Shown: piece after piece, positions 40,487 to 53,058 of the stretch
How positions within the stretch are numbered: position 1 is the stretch's first letter
How the letters are laid out: every line of letters starts with the position of its first letter
DNA from: Octopus vulgaris
Lineage: Eukaryota
Reading direction: 5' to 3'
Assembly: GCA_951406725.2 (NCBI GenBank)
Contig: OX597824.1
Span: 52,142,001-52,206,000 of the forward strand
Length of the DNA stretch: 64,000 nt
Notes under the pieces: generated by a model
The model's database searches: none
The model's input: the letters and a program-made list of their open reading frames with translations, nothing else
What the model was told of the DNA's origin: nothing
Made by a program: the position numbers and the translations under genes

Positions 40487-41548
40487 GAAGAAGAAGAAGA
40501 AGAAGAAGAATAATAATAATAAGAAGAAGAAGAAGAAGAAGAAGAACGATAAGATAATGAAAGTCCTACACTGGAAACTGTGCGAGAAAGATGGGGTTAG
40601 AGAGAGGCAAGACGTATTATAAGCACAAAATGCATAAAGTTATGGAGCCGGAAACGTGCAAACATCTTCTGGGATTTCCAAATCCAAACACATGACGTGC
40701 TAGAGCATAACAAACCGGAGCTACTGGTGGTTGACAAGATACCCCACACATGCTATAAAGTTGATATTGCGTGCCACTTTGACCTGCAAATATTCAAGAA
40801 GGAAGGCGAAAAAAATAGATATATTCAATCCTCTTACGTACGAAATAGCTCAGGTATGGAAAATGGAGAAGGTGAAGATAGTACCAATTATTGTTTGATC
40901 CTTGGGGACAGTGTCAGAGGGTATCCAGAGGAATATAAAAGATATCAGGATAGAGTGCGCAGTAGAACTATTACAAAAGTTTTGCCACCTTAGCGCGGCT
41001 ACAATAACCAGGGAAGTATTAGAATGTTGAAAAGAACAGATATCATGGTACCTATTTCTTTACTTCCCACAAGGGGCTAAACACATGTCCTTTAGTGGCT
41101 GACGATATGTGCATCTCTGATCACGAGCAGAAGTAGTGGGGAGCATCATAAACGGACAAAAACTGAATTAGCAAAGCTAGACAGAAGAATTAGGAAGGAA
41201 TTTAATATGAATGAAGGATTCCACCCAAGATCAGGAGTAGCAAGATTATACCTAACTAGAAAGGAAGGTGGAAGAGGGTTACTATCAGTGGAAGACTGCG
41301 TGGAGTTAGCTTGAGTAGATATAGTCTCCTATGTAGATAATAGTGAAGAAAGTTTATTAAAAGCTGCTAGAATCACAGCAAGACATGGGCAAACCAAAAC
41401 ACCAAACGAACTTAAAAACCAGAAAACAGAACAGAAATTATCTGACTGGCAGAAGGTAATGCATGGTAGATTCCCAAAAATAGTAGTAGCAAATAGTAGT
41501 AATGAGACATAGTTATGGTTGCAGAAAGGAAAACTGAAGAGGGAGACA
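40160..41548 (+). mobile_element. Mosaic of three further R4/Dong fragments plus short scraps
   Basis: 40160-40443 is a 3' end like 35690-36037; 40545-41050 is RLE sequence (VLHWKLCEK, HNKPELLVVD); 41053-41150 is a tail scrap plus a piece of the 556-bp element; 41150-41548 is RT C-terminus ([25 protein letters not shown]). Confidence 0.8.
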
Positions 41549-42563
41549 GAAATTGACGAATATCTTCAAATTCCTCTTGTGTACTGTTAATAGAATTATA
41601 GTGCAGTTCAAAAGCCAAGGAAAAGAATCAATAGATTCTCGTCCCGGCCGACCTGGGCCCTCGGAAAGGAAACTTTGCTTTGAAGAGAATTGTGGAAAAC
41701 GAACTCCGTTCGAAGGCTTCTGACATTGCAAAACAGATAGAAGTTAGTCCAAGAACGTGTGTTACATATGCGCACATGCTTGGGTATTATGGACAGCAGC
41801 TAGAAGAAAACCTCCCATTCAACCAATTAATATCATGAAAAGAAAGGTTTGGGCTAAAGAGATGTCAGAAAAATCCAGTTCATTTTGGGATAGAGTGATT
41901 TTCTCAGATGAATCCAGATTTGCATTATTTTCAGACAGTGGACGTGTTTATGGCTGGAGGCTTCCCAATCAAGAATGTGATTTGAAACGACTCCAACCAA
42001 CGGTGAAACATGGCAGTATCTCTGTAATGGTATGGGGAGCTGTCACCAGCAATGGTCGTTTTGAGCTGATCGAATGTGTTGGAACCATAAACCCTGAAAA
42101 ATACGTCAATATACTTAAGCAAGGACTACTTCCGATGTATTCATACGATATCATAACGATAAATGAATTTTTATTCATGGAAGATGGGTCTCCATGCCAC
42201 ACAGCGAAAAGGAGTCAACAATGGCTGACAGAAGATGGGGTCAAAAGGTTTCCTTGGCCGAGCCAATCTCCTGACATGAACCCAATTGAAAATCTTTGGA
42301 GCATACTAGATAGAGCTATACAAAAAACTCGACAGAAACTAAATCTAAAGATGAGTTGTTTCAATTGTTGCGTGAAAAGCGGTCAGAAATTCCACAAGAG
42401 GCAATCACAAAGCTCATCGGTTGAATGCCAAAAATATTTTCTTAATTAAATAGTGGTAAGCGAATGTCAACTAAATACTAAAGTATGTAGTCCTACCTAT
42501 CGATTAAATTTCAATTGTTCGCTTTGCGTACTAAATTAAAGGTGTCTATTTACTTCCTGCATG

Positions 42564-42567
<4 letters not shown>
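41549..42567 (+). mobile_element. 5'-truncated Tc1 transposon; DD34E catalytic region in ORF 41757-42449
   Basis: [43 protein letters not shown]; TIR ending catgtctg-TA. Confidence 0.94.
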
Positions 42568-42600
<33 letters not shown>

Positions 42601-42609
<9 letters not shown>

Positions 42610-43045
42610 AAAATAGTAAAGAGTGAAAAAACGACAGAAGGCTTAAATGTTAAAGAATATATATATTTGTGTCAATATGTCTGGAGAATATTGGAGAAAT
42701 TTTTTTCCTTTCTTATAATGACATAATTTTATAATTTTTAAAGGAAGACCGGTTTCGCATTTAGCTCTTCAAATTTCTTGCGACGTAATGTTTATCTTTA
42801 ATATAACGCTATTAAAGATAAACATTACGTCGCAAGAAATTTGAAGAGCTAAATGCGAAACCGGTCTTTCTTTAAAAATTATAAAATTATGTTATTATAA
42901 GAAGGGAAAAAAAATTTTCCAATATTCTCCAGACATATTGACACAAATATATATATTCTTTAACATTTAAGCCTTCTGTCGTTTTTTCACTCTTTACTAT
43001 TTTCTTATATATTCACCCACGTGCTTTCACAAACAAACTTTCTTA

Positions 43046-43048
<3 letters not shown>
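42601..43048. mobile_element. Fold-back element (~200-bp arms, 6-nt loop) with minimal hammerhead motif, inside (TA)n
   Basis: Arms 42601-42803 / 42810-43012 plus an unpaired tail. Motif aagaaat-TTGAAGA-gc-taaat-gc-GAAAC-cg-GTC-tttctt at 42834-42872. Confidence 0.85.
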
Positions 43049-43108
<60 letters not shown>

Positions 43109-43182
43109 GTGTATATTTGAAGCGGACACCAGAACGAAATGCGGGCAAGACAGATGAAAATTAAATAAAAAAAAGAATTACT

Positions 43183-43255
43183 CACAGACCGGCGGTTTCA
43201 CCTATTAACGAATGAATCACTTATGTAATCCATTGTCCGTAGGCTCGTCAGTGTG
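43183..43255 (-). ncRNA. Type I hammerhead ribozyme with intact catalytic core, within a repeat spanning ~43120-43605
   Basis: caca-CTGACGA-gccta..aatggattac-ataa-gtgattcatt..taggt-GAAAC-cgccg-GTC-tgtg. All three stems pair. Related flanking pieces recur at 52915-52960 and 53065-53160. Confidence 0.8.
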
Positions 43256-43699
43256 GTCGTTCCATAGGTAATACAATTTGTAAAGCTAACCACCAGTATT
43301 CTGCATAAAAACAGACACGTGCTTAGCTTCACCAATTACATTGGTGTTAATTTCAAATGTCTTAGTTCTGGCGCGGTAAAATTCCGGAAACAAAAACCGC
43401 AGCAAATAATTTACTCCAGTTAATGCTGCCTATTAGAGAACACATTTATTTTATCATTTAAATAATGAGGGAGATAAATTGAATGTTAATTTAATCAATA
43501 TATACACATGTATTAGAATTTTCTCTGATTTTTCAGATTTTTGTATGCTAGGCTATTGGTTTTAAGTTGATATTAAATTAATATTCAATTTATCTCCCTC
43601 ATTATATATATATAACTTAGATAACTTAGATATGTTTCGACCAAAGATTGGTCCAGGCCATGTCTAACTTAATAGCACCACCTGATAGGATTATCCGAA

Positions 43700-44085
43700 T
43701 CCTGTTTAAGTCAAGTTTTGTTTAAGTCAAGTTTTGTTTAAGTCAAGTTTTGTTCATGTAGTGAGTTCTTGTTGGGTGAGTTGTATCAAGTTTTGTTTAA
43801 GTAGTGAGTTCTTGTTGGGTGAGTTGTATCCAATTATGGGTGGCTTATCTGGTATTCTTTGAAGGAATCTATCCAGACTCCGTTTAAAGTTGATGGGATC
43901 CTTTTCCTCTTTGATCTCCCTCGGGACAATGTTATATAGGGCAGGGCCTGTTGAGGAAAAGAAATTATGTTGCAGTGTACATGTATGTTGTGATCTTGAA
44001 TTGGGCAGGGGACGTATGGCCCGTGGTCCCAGTCTTGGATGAACCTTGAAGCTAATGTTAAGGTCGTTTGAGCAATGCATCCGTC
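43700..44085 (-). mobile_element. 3' fragment of a second CR1-group LINE with tandem micro-duplications
   Basis: ORF 43754-44080 (GPALYNIVP..FKRSLDRFLQRIPDKP..NSLL) parallels the C-terminus at 29461-30087. tgtttaagtcaagttt occurs three times and a ~30-bp unit twice. Confidence 0.8.
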
Positions 44086-44957
44086 GTTGTCCGTGTATTA
44101 TGAGCTACAACCACATTGTATTATTTGTTTCTTTCTTATTGGCAGATTCAGCGTACGAGGAGTGTGAAGGAAACAACACTTCTTTATAAATATGTTTTTC
44201 AGTTATTTTGTGATGTACAATGCTGAAATTGTTGACACGAAAACCATGTAGAATGGCAGCTTAGATTAGAAGGAAATTCTAATATTCCCCCAGAATTACC
44301 TAGACTTACGGATTTAAAGAATTGGATGACGTATGAAGACATAGAGGTATCCGCATTGCAGAAAATAAGATACATGGAAAGAAAGCTGCTTCATTGCGAA
44401 AATCAACATCTCTATTGTTTGGCCATCTGCACACTTCAACATATGTTAAGTGAAATCGACAATGCTTCCGGGTAAACTATGTTTTACGTAAGCCTAGTAT
44501 TGATACAATAAATATACAAGTTATCTGCACTGCTAACTCAGGAGCATACGATATATAGTTGTCCACGAGAAAAGCAGAGTTGTTTTAAATTGAGACCCAC
44601 AATTTTTAAAGTTTGACCTGGGGCTTTGTTGATTGTCCTTACGAAGCATAATCACACTGGGAACTGGAGGCGCTTGAATTGAAAGGACACATTTAAGTGG
44701 ACACATTATTATACTAATGTGCCCCTCTGTTTTAATTTAATGAAAATCTATGTCCATGTGCACTGAGGATTGCTCTACGTTTAAATTGATGTAATGATTG
44801 CATTGTTAAAGTTAATGGAGTTGCATGAAACGATCGTATTGCATTACCTCTGGATATCCTTGTTGCTTATTTTGAGTTTACTCACCTTACGTTGAAATTG
44901 TATGGATAATACCGTACAAAATTCTGGTGCCTCAACTTAAGTACCATATTCATCTGA

Positions 44958-45014
<57 letters not shown>

Positions 45015-45045
45015 CCTACCTATCTCTCTCTCTCTCTCTCTCTCA

Positions 45046-45125
<80 letters not shown>

Positions 45126-45287
45126 GTGAGTGTGTGTGTGTTTGTGTTATTTATATATATTGATATATTCATATATATGTAATATATATGTATGTATACA
45201 CACACACATACCATATATATAGACAGTTGGAAAATCTTAATAAGAGTGTAGTAACTATATCAACAAGTAAAATTAATCGCCACATAA

Positions 45288-45518
45288 ATATGGCTGTTCG
45301 ATGTTACTATTAGTTTAACCCCAGGTAGATCTTCCGATAGCTGGTTATAGGTACAGCCTGCACCCTATATATATCGCAATCAGGGGAGCGAACCCCTACC
45401 ATTCTCCACTAGACGACGGCATCGCGTCTGCTGGAGTAGGGTATGGTGTAGGCTGCTCCTATAACCAGCTGACAGATCTGCCTGGGGTTAAAGCGGTAGT
45501 AACATTGAACAGTCATAT
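45288..45518. mobile_element. MITE-like fold-back (~80-bp imperfect TIRs)
   Basis: atatggctgttcgatgttact..ttaaccccaggtagatc..agctggttatagg..cagcctgcacc vs ggtgtaggctg..cctataaccagct..gatctgcctggggttaa..agtaacattgaacagtcatat. Confidence 0.8.
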
Positions 45519-46044
45519 CGTAAGTAGCTTGCTTCCCAACCACATAGTTCCAGGTTCAGTTCCACTGCGTGGCACCTTGGGTAAGTGTCTTCTACTATAG
45601 CCTCGGGCCGACCAAAGCCTAGTGTATGCAATTATATACCGTCAATTATACATTGTATAATAGTATTTGGCTATTTAAACCAAATATGCTGTGTAATTAA
45701 TGTAAAAATAGGAAAACAAATGCAGATGTACTAATCTCCATATTCATAATGCAGAGAGGCGATTTATTCATCTGATGGATAAACTCAGGATTTATTCATC
45801 AGATGCATTATAATGGGATTGCTTATCTTAAGTATGCTTAAGTGCTCTTTACTACTCGATGCGATTAGCCTGAACTCGGTACCCGCCTCTACAATTTACC
45901 TGTGGTAAGAAACTTGCTTCTCAAACAAAGGATTCCGGATTCAGTCTTACCGCGTGGTACCTTAAGCAAATGCCTTCTACTATAGACTTTGGCCGTCCAA
46001 AGCCTTGTGAGTGTGTGTGTGTCTGACTGTCTGTCTGTGTATGC

Positions 46045-46084
<40 letters not shown>

Positions 46085-46210
46085 TTGTTTGTGTTTCTGT
46101 TTGTCCCTCACTACCGCTTGACAACCGGTGTTGGTGTGTTTACGTTCCCGATGCTATCAGCTCTGCAAAAGAGATCGATAGAATAAGTAACAGGCTTAGA
46201 AAACAAAATA
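45519..46210 (+). mobile_element. Two SINE family B copies (45519-45620 partial; 45900-46210)
   Basis: gtaagtagcttgcttcccaaccac..ggcaccttgggtaagtgtcttctactatagcctcgggccgaccaaagcc. Confidence 0.85.
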
Positions 46211-46656
46211 AGCAGTGTTTGAGTTATTCTGATGATTACGTGAGGAAAAGAAAGATGGACGATGACCACGTGTGAGCAACAAGAGAAAGAACGGGAGAAA
46301 GAGGGGAAGAGAGAGACATATAGAAAACGGTGAAAGGGACAAAAAAGGGAATTAAAGAAAGGATGAGAGAGAAAATGATGGGTGAGAAAATACAGTATAG
46401 AGCAGAGTCGCATCAGAAAGATTAAGATAAACTTACTTTGAAAAGGATGCGAGGCATTCAATCAAATAATAATATAAATAATATATATATATATATTATA
46501 ATGGAATAATTATTATGAAACATTGTGTAGAATATATTGTATAAAAGAATGTCAAAAGAATGCGAAGTAAATGCATGGTAAATTACAAGAAAACAAATAT
46601 GTTGGAGGTACAAACACAGACACACAAACACAACTCTACGAAAACACACACATACA

Positions 46657-46714
<58 letters not shown>

Positions 46715-46876
46715 ATATATACGACGGGCTTCTTTCAATTTCCGTCTACTAGATCCACTCACAAGGTTTTGGTCGGCCCGAGGCTATAGTAGAAGGCACT
46801 TGCCGAAGGTGCCACGCAGTAGGACTGAACCAGGAACCATGTGGTTGGTGAGGAAGCTACTTACCGTACAGCCTCC
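46715..46876 (-). mobile_element. SINE family B, 5' half
   Basis: acgacgggcttctttcaatttccgtcta..ggtgccacgcagtaggactgaaccaggaaccatgtggttgg. Confidence 0.85.
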
Positions 46877-47062
46877 ATGTGGGAATGAGGGCACTAGTAA
46901 CCACATGCAACGTGCCTTAGGAATCCTTTTCGTGGTTTGGGTTGCGACTGCCGTTGTAGCATGTAAGAAGTCCTATCGATGGTCTTATCTTTGTGTATTT
47001 ATACATTCTGATAAATAAATATTTTACGTCTTATGACTTTAATTAGACATGCGGACCACTGA

Positions 47063-47140
<78 letters not shown>

Positions 47141-47691
47141 GTCACATGCAAACACACAGAAACACATGTTACTCTGATAAAATAAGAAATATTGGAGTCA
47201 ATTTCATCTGATTGCTCTCATTGTTAGAAATCATATTTTTAAATTAAGCAAAGTTATATTCAGATTATGTGTCTGGCAGTAATAAACGAACATATCACGT
47301 TATAGCAACTGCTAATTATAATGTTAATTTTGTTATTACTTTTACATGTCTCCACGCAAACAATCTTACAAAAGAACAACGAAGGGAAATGATAAATGAA
47401 AAATGAGATAGGAAAGATAACTAGGGACTAAATAGTTTACGTAAACCTGACAAATTTATAATATAACAATTTTTATTTTAATGGAAGAAAGGACAACTTC
47501 CATTACCCTGGTAAGGACATCCAGCAGTGATACGGTTGGTGTTTAATTTTATAACGTCATTAGAAAGGATTGTCCAGTTTTTACCCTTGGGAAGGATTAG
47601 ATGCGCCGACTAAGTTAAGTGTTTAAGGTGAAGTTCAAGGGAGAGTCTATTTGTGCATTTGTGTCTATCGGTGCATTTGTCGATGTACATG

Positions 47692-47750
<59 letters not shown>

Positions 47751-47814
47751 GCACACATATACATATATAGATATACCAATATGTATATGTATATATTCAT
47801 ATGCCTATACATAC

Positions 47815-47859
<45 letters not shown>

Positions 47860-47937
47860 CGTACATATATATATATATATATATATATTTAGTCAAGATG
47901 ATTCGAACGTATACAGACGCACACACAGACACTCACA

Positions 47938-47976
<39 letters not shown>

Positions 47977-48171
47977 ATACATATATATAAATGAATGAAT
48001 GAATGCATGTATGTATGTAAACATATAGACATATTTTCAAAAATTAGTATAAAGGTGCTTTTATGATTGACCAAGGATAAATTTAACGTGTGTGTATGTA
48101 TATGCATACACACATGATATGTATCTATATACAGTTAGATATACACACATACATATAAATACGCCTCTATA

Positions 48172-48215
<44 letters not shown>

Positions 48216-48273
48216 TAGAAAGAGAGAGTGAGAGACAAAGAAACAGACAGATAAATGCGTGTATCGTGTGTAT

Positions 48274-48320
<47 letters not shown>

Positions 48321-48917
48321 CGTGCGCGAGCGCGTGTGTTTACCCGTGTATTATAAAGATATCTTCCTTGGCTGATATCATTGTGTTGACAAGCGACATC
48401 GTTTGGCAGCTCTTTTACACTATACAGATGAAGACTACTGGTCTAGGTCGAGATGGTTCGTCGTCCATCTCCTCTCCTACCCTTGCACCACAGCCACATC
48501 AATCTCCCACTTTCTATCTACCTTCAACCTCCTTCAGCCACCTTCAACCTCCTCCTGCCGCCTTCAGCCACCGGCATCCACATCCATCCCTCTTCACTCA
48601 TCTCCCAGACACCTTATTTCCCTTATCTCTTGAAACCTTCTACTGTTTACTTAAGTCGCTCATCACATGGGAGATAATAACTTCTCAGCTGTTTAATTTT
48701 GTTTTTCTTTTAACGAAGATACACACCACGGCCACTGCCTAACCTTCTAATCTGCCCAGTTCCCTATTTACCGATCTATCACCAACATTACTACCAAGGC
48801 ACCATCGCTACTGCAGTACTATGACCTCCATCACCCCAATCACCACCACATAGTGCTCCGATGCTTGTACTAGCACTACCAATAATCAGTAGTACATGCA
48901 ACTAAAACACTCATGCA

Positions 48918-49330
48918 AGCGCAGACGTAGCTGTGTGGTAAGAAGTTTGCTTCCCAACCACATGGTCCCGGATTCAGTCCCATTGCGTGACCCCATGGGC
49001 AAGTGTCTTCTACGATAGTCTCGGGCTGACCAAAGCTTTGAGTGAATTTGGTGGACGGTAACTTATAGAAGCCTGTCGTATGTATGTGTATATATCTATG
49101 TGTGTGTATCTTTTTTTGTTTTTACCCCATCACCGATTGACAACCGGTGTTGGTTTGTTTGAATCCCCGTAACTTAGCGATTCGGCAAAAAGAGACCGAT
49201 ACAATAAACACCAGGCTTAAAGAAAAGAAAATAAGTACTGGAGTCGCTTAGTTCCCCAAATTCCTCGGGACGATGCTCCAGCATGGCTACAGTTTAATGA
49301 CTGAAACAAGTAAAAGATAACAGATAAAAA
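48918..49330 (+). mobile_element. SINE family B, full length
   Basis: tRNA-like head gcgcagacgtagctgtgtggtaag..ggattcagtccc, internal TA/TG tract, tail gatgctccagcatggctacagtttaatgactgaaacaagtaaaaga. Confidence 0.9.
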
Positions 49331-49914
49331 ATATCGACACCCTAAATTCATACAATACTACTATATACACTCTACACTCCAGTAACAATACATAAAACTC
49401 CAGTACCACTACATCACACACTTTACACTCTAACAGCAACACTTGTCACTTCAGTACCCCTACCAGACGCACTGCAGTCAAGTATTAATACTTAACGCTC
49501 TAATACCCCTATCTCAACCATCTAACACTCCAGTATCATCATCCCTACCGCATAGCACTACTAATAACGCAACCGCTAACACAGAGCCCTCTCGTGCCAC
49601 ATCCGTACCACTGACACGAACCACCTAACAACTCACTATCACCATTACTATCACATAACACTCTTGTACCATCAGTATCTCTACTTGTCATTTCATTATC
49701 ATTATATTCTTTACGTCACTGATTAACAGCAACAAATCCCCTCTGGTACTGACATTAGGACTACGACGACGAACCACCACCACCCTATTAGCCTTATTAG
49801 CTATAATTACTATGCACACCACTCCTACATAGCAAGTACTAATCATAATACCCGCCACATCTGTCACTACTATCAACCAATCACTATCAAGTGCGTAATC
49901 ATTACCACCAACAA

Positions 49915-50785
49915 ATCTATTAGAAATAGCAACCAAATACCTTTCAAATTAAAACGTGCCAGCTTAAAACTTGGGTCGGCTAAATTAGATAATATAATCC
50001 TACATACAACTATTAAGTTATCACGATGGTCATGGCGAGAATGAATTTTATCATAGCTTATTATACGCCTGATTAGTGCGAGAAAACAACTACAACATTA
50101 ACAAATACTTAATGAGATTGCCACGATGTGGTGGCTGGACTAACTAGAACTGCCAGCCAAATTTCCATCAATCGTACGGTTATTAAAAATGTAGAAAATG
50201 GTATAATATGATCATAGATATATTATTTAAATTAAGGATTGTCACGGCTGGAATGTCTTTAACCATAGGTCGTTTCTGATCTGGAACTAAGTAACATTGC
50301 AGAAAGAGGATACTTCCATGAGGTAGCCCAAACCAACACGAATAAAAACCAAATTTTTGTCAAATTACAACATGCAGCCTTAAATAAAGATTGAAGGTTA
50401 CTCATTGGATAGAGTAATAGTCAAGACGTGATGGTCATGGCTAGATCAATTGTGACAGTAGGTACGCATTGCTAAAGTTGACCTGGCATAAACAACATCG
50501 AAAATGCTTACCAATAACACTGCTTCTATCTCCATTAATTCATGATCTCCATCTAACGCACCTTTGCCTAATTGCTCAGTGTAATAACGATAAAAGCAAA
50601 ATCTCCTTCAAACCAAACCTTGTGGTTTATAAAAGAAAAGACACATTGGATAATATAGCGACTCATTTACTTGTTTATGTCATTGAACCAGCTATTTGCA
50701 TACCATAATCTAAAAAGACGGAAAGGTCACCGCCAGACAGTCTTTGATTACTCAGTGCTAACCTGGTGCTAAACAGTAACAATAC
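49915..50785 (+). repeat. Four head-to-tail decayed copies of repeat family C
   Basis: Each ~200-bp unit has an ..a(g/a)ccaaat-like start, t(g/a)gata(a/g), gatggtcatggc-like motif and an end like cctgg..ctaaacaac. Confidence 0.6.
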
Positions 50786-51119
50786 TTAACAATAAACACT
50801 ACCATCGCCATCACCACCACCACCACCACCACCACTACCACCACCACCACTGAAGCTTTCTTGCTTGCACATCTTGATCAAGGTTCAGTTTTAAATTCAA
50901 CATTTTGGGATCAGTACCACCTACAATCGAACAGTTCATGTGCACTGGTTTGGCACTAAATTCTGTGTTCTAAGTGGATGAGACTCAAATTGTCCCTCTA
51001 TAAACGGCAACAATTTATTGGAAGTAACGTAGAAAAGGGAATCTCTAAACTCAGCATTGCAATTTGAGGAAATGTCTCTCTGTTTATTTTATCGCTGCTA
51101 CAATGGAATGCCATTACGA

Positions 51120-51380
51120 ATCCACTGAGAAGTCTTTCGGCCTCCACCCATTTTCATGCCATTATAGTGCTGGCCGCCTTCTACGCCTTCCTTCCCTTAA
51201 AGAAATCATAAAGCAATGGCCTAGGCACAATAGGCTTCCTTTCCCAGCTCGATCCAGCGGGGCTAGACAGAGGGGACGGTGAAAGGCCTGACGATATGAC
51301 GATTTCCCTGCTCTGAGGCGATAGACTCCTGATCTGGGATGCCACATGCTATAACACCTTCTCTAGCGGCAACTTGGTAT
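51120..51380 (+). mobile_element. CRE-clade retrotransposon RLE-domain fragment
   Basis: HPFSCHYSAGRL..SLKEIIK, then frameshifted GLDRGDGERPDDMT..LIWDATCYNTF; matches the HxLSC..GR..RH / DGKRPDG.T..WD.TC.DT pattern. Confidence 0.7.
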
Positions 51381-52820
51381 GTTCAGCTCCATCGTGTCAT
51401 TCATAATGTATCTCACTCAACTAAAGTCACTCTAACCAATCGAACCAATCGTTCCTCGCAACAAGTCAACCTTTGGAAATCCTTTCACCCATGTTTTGTT
51501 TTTTCGTTTGCCCAATAGATGGGTACAGTAAACTCTTAGATGGTTGCAAATTACTTGGTAGAAATATTGTCTTTTTAGTGAGAGGAAATTGAATGTTGTT
51601 ACATTTATAAACTCCACAAGAACATAAAGAAAGTAAAATCAATGCTGCTAGAAATCGAAAGCCATGTCATAGATCCGGTCTTTGTGATCGTTGTACCATG
51701 ATTTGCATCAGTCTTGCTCTACGGCAACTCTGTAACTTCGTAGAGGTACTAATGATTTCTCAAGCAATTCAATTGTTGCATTTCGGTTCTTCTTGTTACG
51801 ATTATTACTAATGATTTCTTTTTAAATTTTAAATGTGAGAAACATGAGATTCATTATTGCATTGTGTTAGTTTTGAGATATAACAGTATTTTTATGAATT
51901 TTGTTACATTGTAGATATACAGTATGGTATCAATATGTTTACGATCACAAACTTGCAAATATCTTTTTGATAAGTTTCTTCCGTTGTTTTTCTTTCCTAC
52001 TAATACTGAAAGTAAAAACATTACAAACATGTTGTACGGCACTTTACTCTCTCTTCAAATCTGTTGAACAACAAGTAATAACATGCAGAGATACAGCTCA
52101 TTTTATAATAATTCTGCTTGTCATTCCGCTACTTAGCCCGTCGGTAACACTTCCACGTGGTTAGAGAAAAAGAGGGAGAAAGAAGATAGGGAGAGTGAAA
52201 ACGGAAAGAGAAGCATCCATGACGTGAGGTAGAGGGAATGTAATTGTAACGCTTTCACGTGATTAGTTAGAGGGAAAGAGAGAAGGAAAAACAAAGTGAG
52301 AAGTAAGAGGATAAGGCGAAGAGAGAGACAGAAAGGGAGAGAAAGAAAAAGATGGAGAGAGAAGCGACCATGACGTGGGTAGGGGGAACGTAATATTTAT
52401 TAGTTGAAGGTAGTGATAATATAGAGGAAGGGAGTTAAAAATATAATTTTAGAGTGATGTTCTGATGGTGAAGTTAAAGAAAGGCAGAGAGAGAGGGGAG
52501 AGAGAGATGATGATGATGGTGGTGGTGGGGGTAAAGATGAAGGTGGTTGTGGTTTTGGTGGTGATTGGATTGTGAAAAGTATATTTTTTTTATTGAATTA
52601 AGTTTTTATATCACCAACCACTTAACGCATGCGCATAAGTGCAATTCTGTGAAATATTCACGTTATTTACGTGGCAGATATATGCAATTTAACTAAAGGT
52701 TGTGTCATATGTACGGGATATTTTTTTGTTTGTTTTGTGGGGAAATGAAAAATAAGAGTGAATACTTAATTTATGAGTGTTGGATATTAAGCCTATAAAA
52801 TTGTGCATAAAATATATAAA

Positions 52821-52849
<29 letters not shown>

Positions 52850-52857
<8 letters not shown>

Positions 52858-53058
52858 CAGGGCAAGACTGCTAGGTAGTCGGCCGTATGCTAGAAATAGA
52901 TCATCAACGATCATAAATTTTCATCTGTCCTGCCCGCCAAATTTGGTTCTGGTGTTCGCTGAATTTTTCCTCTAGAGAACTTTCTTTGTAGTTTTGATCG
53001 TTGATGATCTATTTCTAGCATACGGCCGACTACCTAGCAGTCTTGCCCTGCCAATATA
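52850..53058. repeat. Perfect 64-bp inverted repeat abutting a (TA)n tract
   Basis: 52850-52913 is the reverse complement of 52995-53058. Confidence 0.9.

Noticed and set aside
44236-44474. ~79-codon open frame ending near a GT donor-like site
   Set aside because: No convincing acceptor in frame and no recognisable homology; compatible with chance.
48918-48990. tRNA genes
   Set aside because: The tRNA-like A/B boxes are SINE heads with no complete cloverleaf.
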